Notes under the pieces: generated by a model
Databases searched by the model: none
Told to the model about the DNA's origin: nothing
What the model saw: the letters and a program-made list of their open reading frames with translations, nothing else
Translations under genes and position numbers: made by a program
Assembly (NCBI GenBank): GCA_951406725.2
Contig: OX597824.1
Span: forward strand, 39,804,001 to 39,868,000
From: Octopus vulgaris
Taxonomy: Eukaryota
Direction: 5' to 3'
Length of the DNA: 64,000 bases
Shown here: piece by piece, positions 39,724 through 52,625 of the stretch
Position numbering within the stretch: the stretch's first letter is position 1
Layout: each line of letters starts with the position of its first letter

Positions 39724-39907
39724 GGCAGTAAATAAATTACTTTGCCGCATACTGAACTCATTAGAAATAGCAGCTGAAAAAACTTTTTTAAAACTATTTC
39801 CAATACTTGAGATTTTCTTTATATTGGAAATAGTTTTAAAAAGTTTTTTAGCTGCTATTTCTAATGAGTTCAGTATGCGGCAAAGTAATTTATTTTACTA
39901 AGCCCTT
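39721..39907. repeat. Near-perfect hairpin, about 85-bp arms and 16-nt loop, between TA tracts
   Basis: 39721-39805 is the reverse complement of 39822-39907 apart from small indels. Confidence 0.93.
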
Positions 39908-40006
39908 TTATATAATGTAATAATTTGAATTCGCCTTAAATGGTCACTTTGCATACTGAATACTTGGTGAAATTGATTAATTAATTAATTTTACCCTCAA
40001 TTGTTG

Positions 40007-40070
<64 letters not shown>

Positions 40071-40355
40071 GAGAATTCACGAAAACAGGTGCTGTAGAAA
40101 ACAAGCAGATGTATTAGTATAACTTTCGGGAAATGAAAAAGTCTTTAACGTTTCGTATTGCCTCTTGCTTCAGCAGGCCTGAGATGACGGAAGCCCGACT
40201 CCCCGTCGCTGCCGCATATGCCTTCATTTTCTCCATCTCAGCAACGCCCACCAAACAATGGTGACGTTATACCCCAAAATTGCTGCAAAGCTGCACAAAA
40301 CTACACAACCAACAAAAAAGCCGCAGCGAATCAAAAGCACGTCCGGACCGAACTA

Positions 40356-40764
40356 TTTATCACCTCCGCCAAGGAAGGAGTTTATGTTTTCATCGGCATT
40401 GGTTTGTCCGTCTGTCCGTCTGTGTGCAAAATAACTCAAAAAATTGTGAACGTATTTTTATGAAACTTGCAGGAAAAGTTGGTATTGACACAAGAAACAG
40501 ATGATGAAATTTTGGTAGTGATCCGGGAATTTTTATGGATTCTTGAAGGATTTTTCATTTGTTATATTTACTTTACATGAATTATTACAATGTTACGTTC
40601 TTTGATTATCTCCCTTGAAAACACGTTCATCGTTCCCACGTAACCTATGGTGGCGTTGCTATTTCCAAAGTTTATTTTCGTTTCTCTATTAGTAATTTTA
40701 CTCGCGTATCTATCTTAAAATGAGTTTGGCGGAGGTCTGCGTTCTCCGAGTGCTTCTCTAGTTT
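40356..40764 (+). mobile_element. Helentron-associated (HINE/DINE-1-like) non-autonomous element
   Basis: Subterminal IRs ACCTCCGCCAA (40362-40372) and TTGGCGGAGGT (40726-40736), (GTCY)n near the 5' end, 3' hairpin GCGTTC-tcc-GAGTGC, T-rich insertion site. Confidence 0.85.
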
Positions 40765-41152
40765 TAAAGACTGTTAGTGACTGAGAAAACTTATTGGTTT
40801 AAATAAAAAAGAAAAAGAAAATAAGTAAACCCTGTAAATATAGGAATGAACATTTGTTTAAAAACGTTTTCTTTAAAATTGTAAGGTGAAAACGAAAAGG
40901 GAAGTCGCGGTTTCGTCTCGGAGCGGGGCTGGAAATTGTTATTTAAAATGTAAAGGTTTAAACGAAAAAGGAATTCACGGTTTCATCTCAGAGCGGGAGC
41001 GAGATACCCGTCTTATATTTATTGTGATTTAATTCATTTTACATTCATTCATTTTTTCATGTGATTTTTGTTCCCGCATGTCTATGTATATCCTCTCTGT
41101 ATTTAGGCCTTGTGCTTGTAATAAAGAATAAACCTCTAGCCGGACAGTTATT

Positions 41153-41195
41153 CTGTCCCGATGAAGAGAAATAACCCAGAAATCGCGATACGCAG
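41153..41195 (+). ncRNA. Variant hammerhead-like motif (CCGAUGA core)
   Basis: CTGTc-CCGATGA-agagaaataaccca-GAAA-TCGCGA-TA-cGCAG. Confidence 0.45.
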
Positions 41196-41401
41196 ATACT
41201 GTTCTGTGCTGAGTGGGGATGCTAAACTCACTTGTTCGAAAATATAAGGACACAGATAATGTGTCGTATAACCAGCTGGAGAGGAAATTCCCAGTAGCAT
41301 TCGTCGTAACCAGGACTGCCACGTTATGTTGACAAAAAGCTTTACTCTAGAGTACTATAACTGAATGTCTCTCGTTGAGAGATTTACAAATAGTAATTTT
41401 C

Positions 41402-41454
<53 letters not shown>

Positions 41455-41455
41455 A

Positions 41456-41495
41456 ACTATTACTCAGAGTTTCGCGTTCCCGTTCGTCGCATAGT
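41456..41495 (-). ncRNA. Variant hammerhead-like motif (GCGACGA core); paralog at 43101-43137
   Basis: ACTAT-GCGACGA-ACGggaaCGC-GAAA-CTCtGAG-TA-ATAGT; perfect 5-bp stem I. Confidence 0.5.
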
Positions 41496-41515
41496 TATGG
41501 TTACTATGGTTACAC

Positions 41516-41566
<51 letters not shown>

Positions 41567-41604
41567 AGTCACTCAAGGTCTGAGCGTTTCGTGCGTTAGT
41601 ACTT

Positions 41605-41648
<44 letters not shown>

Positions 41649-42369
41649 GTGTGGGTGTGTCTGTTGGCTCATGAGAAGCGATAAATTACAGGATTCAATA
41701 CAACTCTAGAGTATTCCTAAATATATTATAACAGGGAAGCTCCGATTTCCATTGCCCCAAATTGCTCGTTTCCCATCGACAGCTTGTAAAGACCTTGGCC
41801 TTCTTTTGAATATCCACTGTTAATATTTTTTTTTTTTATATAAAATAAAACTTTGAAGGAAACGATTATCACTATGTTATTTCGTTTAGAAACCTTTGTG
41901 AATAACACATTTACGAAAACTTCAGCTTCAAGCTCTCGCTTTTTGATTTAACTTCTGAAATGTAATTATAAATGTCATAAACTCCATACAACCGAAATTA
42001 TTACAAGCATAAACATTTATTTGTCAACCTCGACAGAAAATGTGCAACTGCTTTGTTGAAATTTATATGGTTCTTGCGGTTGACAAGTTTTCACGAATTC
42101 ACAATTACCTGGTCCATTGTAGATAATGCGCCACCTTGCAGGAACGGGACCTTCAAATCAAAGAAGCGGAGTGACATTTGTCTGAGCGAAAAACTGAGAA
42201 TTTTCAATCAAGGCACCAATAGTTTGAATAAAAGAAATTAGCTGTTAATGCCTTGTATGCATGCGGCTAATTATGTTTTATGCAAATATAAGACTCCTTG
42301 AATTTCGTTCTGGTTCAGAGAAGAAAAACGCTGGTTTTCGAAATGTTTAATTAACAGGTTTAATTGATA

Positions 42370-42604
42370 GAAAAGGTTGTGAGCTGGCAGAAGCGTTAGC
42401 ACGCCGGGCGAAATGCGTAGCTGTATTTCGTCTGCCGTTACGTTCTGAGTTTAAATTCCGCCGAGGTCGACTTTGCCTTTCATCCTTTCGGGGTCGATAA
42501 ATTAAGTACCAGTTACGCACTGGGGTCGATATAATCGACTTAATCCATTTGTCTGTCCTTGTTTGTCCTCTCTGTGTTTAGCCCCTTGTGGGTAGTAAAG
42601 AAAT
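42370..42604 (+). mobile_element. Young monomeric SINE family B with 14-bp TSD
   Basis: aggtttaattgata at both 42356-42369 and 42605-42618. Confidence 0.95.
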
Positions 42605-43043
42605 AGGTTTAATTGATATAAGTTTTAATATGAATGTATGCGTGTCTATAAGTGAGTATATACGTATAACAATATGTATATATGTATACATGTATGTACA
42701 TATATTTTATCTTTTATTTGGTTAACTCAAACTCATTAAACAGCAGCCATATGGGGCACTTCCTTGAAAAATTCTTAGTGGAATGTTTTGAACCCAGTAC
42801 TTATATTTTGCAAGACTGGTACTTATTCTATCACTTTCTGTTGCCAAACCGCTAGGTTACTAGGTCGTAAACAGACCAGCACCCGTTATCTGTTTATATG
42901 TGTGTATTGGTGTACATATGTCTACATATTTGCGACTGCACAGGTGCATGCAATATGTACACCCGCATAGACATTCGTTGTTTTTAAAAGCATGACTTTA
43001 AAGTATTAATCTCTCGTTGAGAGATTTACAAATAGTAATTTTC

Positions 43044-43090
<47 letters not shown>

Positions 43091-43345
43091 AAAAAAAATC
43101 TAGCACTCAGAGTTTCGCGTTCCCGTTCATCGCATAGCTATGCTTACATGGTTTACTTTAAAGTATTACTTTAAAATATTATTTTGGAACATTGCTTAAA
43201 CAGCAACGCAATTTTATGAATTCGTTTCAATGGGGTTTATGACATATTATTACCACGAGAACCAGAAATGAAATCTAAACTTTTGAGCTAGAAGCAGTCG
43301 TTCACGCACGTGACGTTCACAAAAGTTTCAAAACGACAGAAGATG

Positions 43346-43829
<484 letters not shown>

Positions 43830-44497
43830 ATGATAATGATTATGATAAGATAATGATAATGATAAGATAATGATTAGCGTTTTCTTCAAAGCTTCATTTT
43901 ATATTTCAAAAGTTATTCAGACAGTGAATATTCATAAGAAAATCAGACTCGGTTTAACAGGTGATTATGGGAAACAAGCAACTCGGAGTACTGGAAGTCG
44001 GAAACTTTCAGTTATAATGTGTATATATATATATAAGTAACGCTACACACTTCTGATTTTTTCTTTCATTTGTAAAATATTCTGTCTCTTTCTGTCTCTT
44101 TCTCTTTCTTTGCTTTACTTCTTTCTTCGTTCTGACATTCTATCTATCCTTCTCTCGTTTCCAGTCCTACAGGCCATTTTCATTGTCCTTTGCTTTACCC
44201 CTAACCTTTATGTCTTTTTATTTTTTGCTGTACATGTATATTTTTTTTTGTCGTGTTTGTTTTCTTCATTGTCCTACACATTCGTTAGTTATTCCCAATA
44301 GCTTTTCGCCACTGCTGCCACCAAAGGTGAAGAATATCAACGTTAAAGGCGCGAAATAGTAATGATTCTTTTGACGCTATCTGATGAGGAATGAACAACG
44401 AATTTTCTGTTTGGTATGTTTCTGTAACATTTTCCGATTGTGTTTTGTTAAATCTTTGAAATATATATACATATACATACATACATACATACATACT

Positions 44498-44609
<112 letters not shown>

Positions 44610-44751
44610 TATACATACATACATATATATGTATTTATATACATACATATATATTACGTGGTAAATGCTTCAGCAAATAGAAAAGCTTTCGGTTAGCTAA
44701 GAAACTAGAGATAATCTTAAAACAAAAAGATTATATACATACATATTTACG

Positions 44752-44839
<88 letters not shown>

Positions 44840-44882
44840 CAAATGTCCGTACCCCAGTGTCTCTCTGTGTGTTGACAGCGCT

Positions 44883-45124
44883 GTTTGAACGCTTTGGCCG
44901 AATGGTTAAAGAGTTTACTTCGCACATATGGGATCCTGAAAGTCGATCCCACTACGTGACATCTTTCACGAATGTAATTTTGCATATCTTTTAGTTGACG
45001 CATACTTTTCAAATAAACTTGGGCAGACATGAACAGTATAGAAGAGCATTTGGCAGGCTGCAGCGATAATAATTCACACACTGTACCTCACGGATTCCTC
45101 ATCAGAACTACATTAAGTTGCTCT

Positions 45125-45193
<69 letters not shown>

Positions 45194-45280
45194 TCAACGA
45201 CTTACTCTGTAAATAAGGTGCAGGTAATTCTGTTGATCAAACAACTGAATCTTCGTCGTTAAACGACGGAGAACTACCAC
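44883..45280 (+). mobile_element. Probable degenerate tRNA-headed SINE
   Basis: A-box-like tggccgaatggttaaag and B-box-like agtcgatccc, internal (TA)n, ending tcgtcgttaaacgacgga. Confidence 0.45.
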
Positions 45281-45291
45281 CACAATTCATC

Positions 45292-45346
<55 letters not shown>

Positions 45347-45946
45347 ATGTAAGTATGTTTTTAGAAAGTATTCTTGATACAGTCACGATATTTCTAGAAA
45401 GATTGTCTTAAATTTAGTTATCCATGTTTTTTGTTGTTTTTTAATCTTTAAAAAGAACAGAAAGAGACGGATCATTCACAACAAGTACTTTTGTTGCTTA
45501 TAGTTTTTCAAACGCACGAGTGATGAGGTAATATGTTTAGAGAAAGTTCTTTTAAGTAGCAGTGTTGACTATTTCCGGCGTAGTTTCGGATTTGCTAATG
45601 CGTTGTTAAACGCTTCAAAGCCACGGCGTTTCTTCTAAGGAAGATGTCTTTAAAAGAGCAAATAAATTTTTATGCTACTTGTATACATATTTCTGGTTGG
45701 TTGTTGTGAGTCGTTTCGGGTAACACTTCAGAACAAAACTAACCTCAAAATATCAGTGACTGTCACTCTTGTTCATTTTCGGAGTGACTTCGTTTCTCTA
45801 ACGTTCGAAGTATGCAGTGTTTTGTAACACTATACGTTTTTAAAGGGACCTATCTTAGACGAATTACTGTAGTGTTGTTGCGTTTAACACAATAACATAC
45901 ATATATTAGTAGAGATTACGTTACTGAGTTGCTTCAAGCACAAAAT

Positions 45947-45991
<45 letters not shown>

Positions 45992-46049
45992 ATACACACA
46001 CACATATATATATATACATACATACATACATATATATTATATATATATT

Positions 46050-46119
<70 letters not shown>

Positions 46120-46470
46120 ATATAAGAGGTCAACACAACAAAAGTACACAATCTCACATGCGTCTATTAATATTAGGATTCATATTTTCTGACCTGTATC
46201 TGCTACCATTGGTTTCACACATGTGTGCGATCCTCAGGTGACTGGCTAATTCACTTATTCCGAAAGGTTTAAATAAAGTCTCTTCTGATTTTTCGAGATG
46301 TATTTTAAAATATAAACGTTTTGATGGGGTGGGGATGTTCTTAATTGAATAGTCAGTTCTATACAGGTTCACAATTATATGAAGTTTAGTTGGCTTCTAA
46401 AAGAGCAGCTCCTTTAGGGATCTGTACTGCCAATTATACAAATGGCTATGCTGTTGAACTTAAAGGAAAT

Positions 46471-47014
<544 letters not shown>

Positions 47015-47016
<2 letters not shown>

Positions 47017-47164
47017 CGGGTTTCTTTCAACCTCCGTCTACCAAATCCACTCACAAGGCTTTGGTCGACCCGAAGCTATAGTAGAAGACACTTGCTCAAG
47101 GTATCACGCAGTGGGACCGAACCCGGAACCATGTGGTTGGAAAGCAAGCTTCTCACCACACAGC
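47015..47164 (-). mobile_element. SINE family A head, inverted relative to the 46471 copy
   Basis: ccgtctaccaaatccactcacaaggc...gaacccggaaccatgtgg. Confidence 0.88.
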
Positions 47165-47283
47165 TCTAATTTAATAAATATAATTAAATACATATACCAG
47201 TGTATACGCTTTGTGTATTTTCTGGTTCATAACTCTAAGGTGTTAAAATACCTTAGAGTCATGGACCGACGAGATAACTCAGC

Positions 47284-47545
47284 AAAGTCCCAACTGGTGA
47301 AGTACTATCGGTAATTAAAGAAAAACTAGTGACAGACATCCATCTAAAAGAACGCACTAGTATACCTATAAGAAACTTGATGGAAATGTTGACCTTCTGT
47401 GTAGAAACTATCTACTTCAGTATGGACACTGATAAGAAGAGGGTTTAGCTATGATTTCGCCATTATCACCGATAATAGCCAATATATACATGGAATATAC
47501 ATGGATAATAGCCAATATATACTTTGAGAATTTGGCTTTAGGATC
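47284..47545 (+). pseudogene. Penelope-like reverse transcriptase fragment
   Basis: KVPTGEVLSVIKEKLVTDIHLKERTSIPIRNLMEMLTFCVETIYF.../EEGLAMISPLSPIIANIYMEY...FENLAL matches PLE RT motifs (GLAMGSPLSP..ANIYME.FE). Confidence 0.9.
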
Positions 47546-47641
47546 ATATTATTATTATCATTATTATATATACATACTTATATTTATGTGTGTGTATGTA
47601 TATTTGTATCTATCCATTCATCTATCTATCTATCTAGAGGC

Positions 47642-48162
47642 ACATGGTCTTACAAATGTAAAGATATGATACCGGACTGTGTTGGGTTCTTAAGCAAGAC
47701 ATCTTATATCACTTTATAAATTGATTTGCGAGATCAATGGGTCCAAGCTGTATCAGCCTTTATTTTTCTCTTGGACAACATCAGTGGCGTGCAGAGGAAA
47801 TTTTGGAGGGAAAATACGAATTCATTCGTCTATATGGATTTGGTATGTGCTGACTATCGTCTGCTATCTCCGATGGCGCGGGATTGGGATGCAAGAGGTA
47901 GGTAAAAAAACATTTGCAAATTTATAATCTAATGGAATGTTGCGCTGAAGACAGGAATGAGTTATTTATAATTCTAACCCAGAAACTCGTCTGTAACTGA
48001 CCGAAGACTTTGTTTTCGTTATTTTTCCTTCTATTTACATATGTGAGTTACAAGTAAATGTTATATGTGGATATATATTTGTAGAAAATAGGAATAAGCG
48101 GTCTTTGACTGCTATTTCTAAATTTTTAGTATGTGGCTAAGCAACTTGGTGCTTACCCCTAC

Positions 48163-48218
<56 letters not shown>

Positions 48219-48441
48219 AATAGGTGAATGAATTATCCTATGTTTATCGTCAGCAATGCACCCTTTATTCCTTTGGAATGAAAACATGTTGTCTTCGAAA
48301 CATATGTTGAGAGTAAAGGAATTTTGTTAACATCTTAACAAAATTCCTTTACTCTCGACATATGTTTCGAAGACAACATGTTTTCATTCCAAAGGAATAA
48401 AGGGTGCATTGCTGACGATAAACATAGGATAATTCATTCAC

Positions 48442-48497
<56 letters not shown>

Positions 48498-48778
48498 GTA
48501 GGGGTAATGTTTTTTTACCTACCTCTTGCATCCCGATCCCGCGCCATCGGAGATAGCAGACGATAGTCAGCACATACCAAATCCATATAGACGAATGAAT
48601 TCGTATTTTCCCTCCAAAATTTCCTCTGCACGCCACTGATGTTGTCCAAGAGAAAAATAAAGGCCGATACAGCTTGGACCCATTGATCTCGCAAATCAAT
48701 TTATAAAGTGATATAAGATGTCTTGCTTAAGAACCCAACACAGTCCGGTATCATATCTTTACATTTGTAAGACCATGT
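47642..48778. repeat. Nested inverted duplication A-B-C-C'-A'
   Basis: A 47642-47914 pairs with 48506-48778 (2 mismatches seen); C 48153-48330 pairs with 48335-48507 around a 4-nt loop; B 47915-48152 is unpaired. Confidence 0.95.
47939..47997 (+). ncRNA. Type I hammerhead motif, intact core
   Basis: GTTGCG-CTGAAGA-cagg..GAGTTAT t ATAATTC..ccca-GAAA-CTCG-TC-TGTAAC; 6-bp stem I with 2 GU pairs; same strand as the PLE RT fragment about 400 bp upstream. Confidence 0.75.
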
Positions 48779-48798
48779 TCGACTCCATTCTTTCATTC

Positions 48799-48882
<84 letters not shown>

Positions 48883-48965
48883 TTAAAAACTTAGGATAAA
48901 ATCTATATATGCTTTTATCAGGCAGTTAGCATGTAATAACCAGTTAAGGTAAAAATTAATAAATC

Positions 48966-49293
48966 TATATTAAAGACAAACGAGTAAGTACACGGGCTTA
49001 TCCACATGATAAAAGAAGATGCCAAATGGCTCTAAACTACCTTAAATATCCCAATGATTGTTCGTATCCATCAATCTATCTATCTGTCTGTCTATCTATC
49101 TAGAAATAGAAAACTGGGAATTTTCTCATAATCCTGAAATCAATTGATATGTAATTGAACCTTTTAATGAATCTCTTTCGCTTATTCCCCCGATTTCGGC
49201 GAGTATTTATTGTGATATTTCAGGCAGTTTAGAGCCATTTGGCATCTTCTTTTAGCATGTGGCTAAGCCTGAGTACTTACTTGCTTGCCTTTA

Positions 49294-49298
<5 letters not shown>
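48966..49298. repeat. Imperfect inverted repeat, about 90-bp arms
   Basis: aaaagaagatgccaaatggctctaaact pairs with agtttagagccatttggcatcttctttt, with flanking similarity. Confidence 0.85.
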
Positions 49299-49345
<47 letters not shown>

Positions 49346-49353
<8 letters not shown>

Positions 49354-49512
49354 ATATTTCTGAATGGTCATTTTGCCAGTTTAGCCAATAAAAAGACACG
49401 CACTATATATTTGATGTTACTTTGCTTCAGTGTTATTTATTTTTTACATTAATCTTAATCTTATTTTTATTGGCTAAACTGGCAAAATGACCATTCCGAA
49501 ATATAACAATAT
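49346..49512. repeat. Inverted repeat, 49-bp arms
   Basis: atattgttatatttctgaatggtcattttgccagtttagccaataaaaa and its reverse complement at 49464-49512 (1 mismatch). Confidence 0.9.
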
Positions 49513-49564
49513 CTGTTTCAACACACGACTTCACATAAAAAATCTTGCACAACAAATATATAAA

Positions 49565-49597
<33 letters not shown>

Positions 49598-49665
49598 ATG
49601 TTGATTCGCTAGCCTCTGCACGCATTTTTTTCTCTCTCCTTCTTTCTGTGTTTCTTCTCTGTGTA

Positions 49666-49703
49666 TCTTTCTGTTGAAGAGCGTAGACTCGAAACGTTAA
49701 AGA
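49666..49703 (+). ncRNA. Degenerate minimal hammerhead motif
   Basis: TCTTT-CTGTTGA-A-GAGc gtag aCTC-GAAA-CG-TT-AAAGA; core A6 is changed to U. Confidence 0.55.
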
Positions 49704-50134
49704 CTTGTTTTATTTATATTTCCTGAGCGCCATACTAATACAATTGTTTGTTTGTATTCCACCTGCCTTCGTCTTTTGTTTATTTCCATAAAGCTTCCCG
49801 TTATACATATATATGTATGTATGTATATATATATATACATATATACACACATTTATCTAGCACAGTCTTAGTCTTGCTTAAGCGTACCCGTGATATGTGT
49901 ATGTTCGTGTGCATGTGTGTTTGACGTCATTACAATAATTCTGTGCTAATGACGTCTTTTTCGGCAAAAACTCGAAATGGCAACTGTTCCATTACCATTC
50001 TAACAATGAAAACACATTTTTACTAACAGTATCATCACTTTCGAGAATTTTGGTTCCAATAAATTAACATATATAGGGTAAGGTATATCGTATGAATTGC
50101 TTCGCTTATATATGAATGTGGGCGTTCGCGTGTG

Positions 50135-50222
<88 letters not shown>

Positions 50223-51457
50223 CATATATACGCACATATATGTAATGTATACATATATATGTACAAAATTATATCTATGTATATATATATATATATACAC
50301 GCGCGCACATCCACATATGTGTAAATACATATGTTCGTATGTATGTATATATATATATATATATAATATATATCTATCTATCTATATATATATACTCACA
50401 CGCTTGCACACACATATACACACATATACACACATTGCTACAGGCATCCATTAGTTGACAGCGGTAAAATCAGCCCTTCCTAAGGCTCATATTAAACAGT
50501 AAATGTCTCCCTGTTTTAAAAAAAACAGGCATTTCAGATATTTATTATAAATATCATTTCGCATTTGCTATCGCATTTTTATTTACATTTTTGTATGCGT
50601 TCATATACTTCGAAAATATGAAACTTATTCACAGTTAACATCGCATCAAACTGGGATTTTTTTAGCAGGGGTTGTTTATGTGGAAATCTTAAGTAACCAT
50701 CAAAATAGTATAGTAATATTTTTATTTTAAATTTCTGTCTTTCTCTTCTTTTGTTCCGTTTTTTTTTAACATAATCACACCCGCTCCCCGCCAGAAACAT
50801 ATCGCCAAAACATATGAAAGATTTCTGATTGAGTAGTAAATGTCAGCAAATGAAGTTTAAGGATCGATTTTCGTGTTCCATCAACGTCGATTCAACATGT
50901 TGCTTATTACACGGTCCTCTAACGAGCTTCTCTTTTGTGGAGAGACTAGAAAATTAAACTTTTAATGAAATGCTTAACAGTTGCACCCAAAAGCAATAGA
51001 CCACTGGAAATTTCTATTACTTTGGACCAAATCATTTAACGCAAATTATAGCAATCAACAATACAACACAAAATAGAGGTAGTTTATTGAAAATAGAACA
51101 TACTATATGGTATACATACTACGAGGTCAGTTCCCAATACTCGAATACTTTGTAAGCCTGCTGGGATACATTCATGCCTACTTACAGTCGTAAAGGAGAT
51201 CAAACGAAATAATTGATGTTGGGTTATCAGATATATTCGCTCATTCATATTAAAAAAAAGAGAATGTTAGATTGTAATCTTACGAAGATATAGCTGCTAA
51301 TAAACTGAGGCTGACTCTATTCAAGTTATTATTAAATGGAGGGAATTGAGGCTGCCTCTATTCAAATTATCATTAAGTGGAGGACGGCCAGTTTGGATGT
51401 TTCCTTCGACATATTTTTAATATGATGCTCTCACAGTGTACAGTGTGTGTGTGTGTG

Positions 51458-51508
<51 letters not shown>

Positions 51509-51557
51509 GTATCAGTGTGTGTGATTGTTTCCGAGTGTAGTATATTTGTGTGTGTTA

Positions 51558-51740
51558 AGGCAGCGAGTTGACAGAATCGTTACTACGCTTAGCGGCATTC
51601 CGTCCTTCTTTACGATCTGGGTTCAAATTCTGCCTGTCATCCTTTTGAGTCGATAAAATAAGAACCAGTTGAATCCTGGGCTCGATCTAATCGATTTATC
51701 CCCTCCACAAAAATTTCTAGCCTTGCGCCAAAACTTGAGA
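51558..51740 (+). mobile_element. SINE family B, degenerate
   Basis: aaggcagcgagttgacagaatcgtta...ggttcaaattc...catccttttgagtcgataaaataag. Confidence 0.75.
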
Positions 51741-51930
51741 CCAATACATTTGTGTGTGTTTATATTCTCGTGCGGATGTACAATGCTTGCCAGAGAGCAA
51801 AATTTTAAATGATGAAAAAGTATATCGCAGATCTCTAACGTCCACAAATATCGATTCTCTAAATTTAGAGAAGATGGTATAAATTAATATTGTTTAACTT
51901 TTAGTATAACGATAGTGTTTGTCATATGTA

Positions 51931-52625
51931 CGAGGGTGTGCTGAAAAGTATCTACTTTGGGTACCAGGAACAGTTAATTATGATTTTATTCAACACATTT
52001 ACCTCTCAGATTCCCGCACTTATTGAAGCGGTCCTCCAATTTTTCTAAGCCCTATAAAAGAATTCGGAAGGTTGGGCCTCAAACCAGGCCTCTGTAGCAG
52101 CGATCAATTACGTTCCCTTTAAATGTTTCTTCAATACTAGAAAGAGGTGATAGTCGAAAGGGGCTAAGTCAGGAGAGTAAGGTGGGTAGTCTACCAATTT
52201 TTATTCAAAGTCGCGTTTTTTACGTAGAGTTTCGTGTGATGTGTGTGCTGGTGCATTGTCCAGCAAAAACAGTGCACTCAGCTTTCCACAGCGTTTTCAC
52301 TTCAAAGCTTCACTTAGTTCATCCAACAGAGACATGTAGTATTCTGCATAGATGGTACGACACTTTGGTAGGTATTTTATGAAGAGTACTCTGTCTTTGT
52401 TCCGGAACACTAAAGCTAGAATATTTCCAGCTGGCTTCTGGATCCGAAATTCCTTGGGCTGTAATGGACTGCTGTAGTGCCTCTCAATTTTATTGCTGCT
52501 TGGTCTGGGGATCTTAATAATGAAGCCAAGTTTCATCCATGGTGACTAAAACTAGCCATAAAATCAGCCTCCCCCGCGGCAAACTGGCCACAATCACCTT
52601 TGAAAAATCATTTAACATGCTGTTT
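51931..52625 (-). mobile_element. mariner transposon 3' remnant
   Basis: TA|CGAGGGTGTGCTGAAAAGT terminus; minus-strand peptides VTMDETWLHY and QKPAGNILALVF...IKYLPKCRTIYAEYYMSLLDEL. Confidence 0.85.

Noticed and set aside
44378-44430. CTGATGAG core-like motif (similar isolated cores near 4485, 4831, 19328, 53332 and 56152)
   Set aside because: No downstream GAAA/UH with complementary stems.
48270-48395. GAAACATATGTC hammerhead-like half within the palindrome arms
   Set aside because: The CUGANGA half and the 5' strand of stem I are not recognisable; at most a relic, so it was not counted.
51306-51386. About 42-bp imperfect tandem duplication (similar case at 40875-41000)
   Set aside because: Two diverged copies only; ordinary local duplication.
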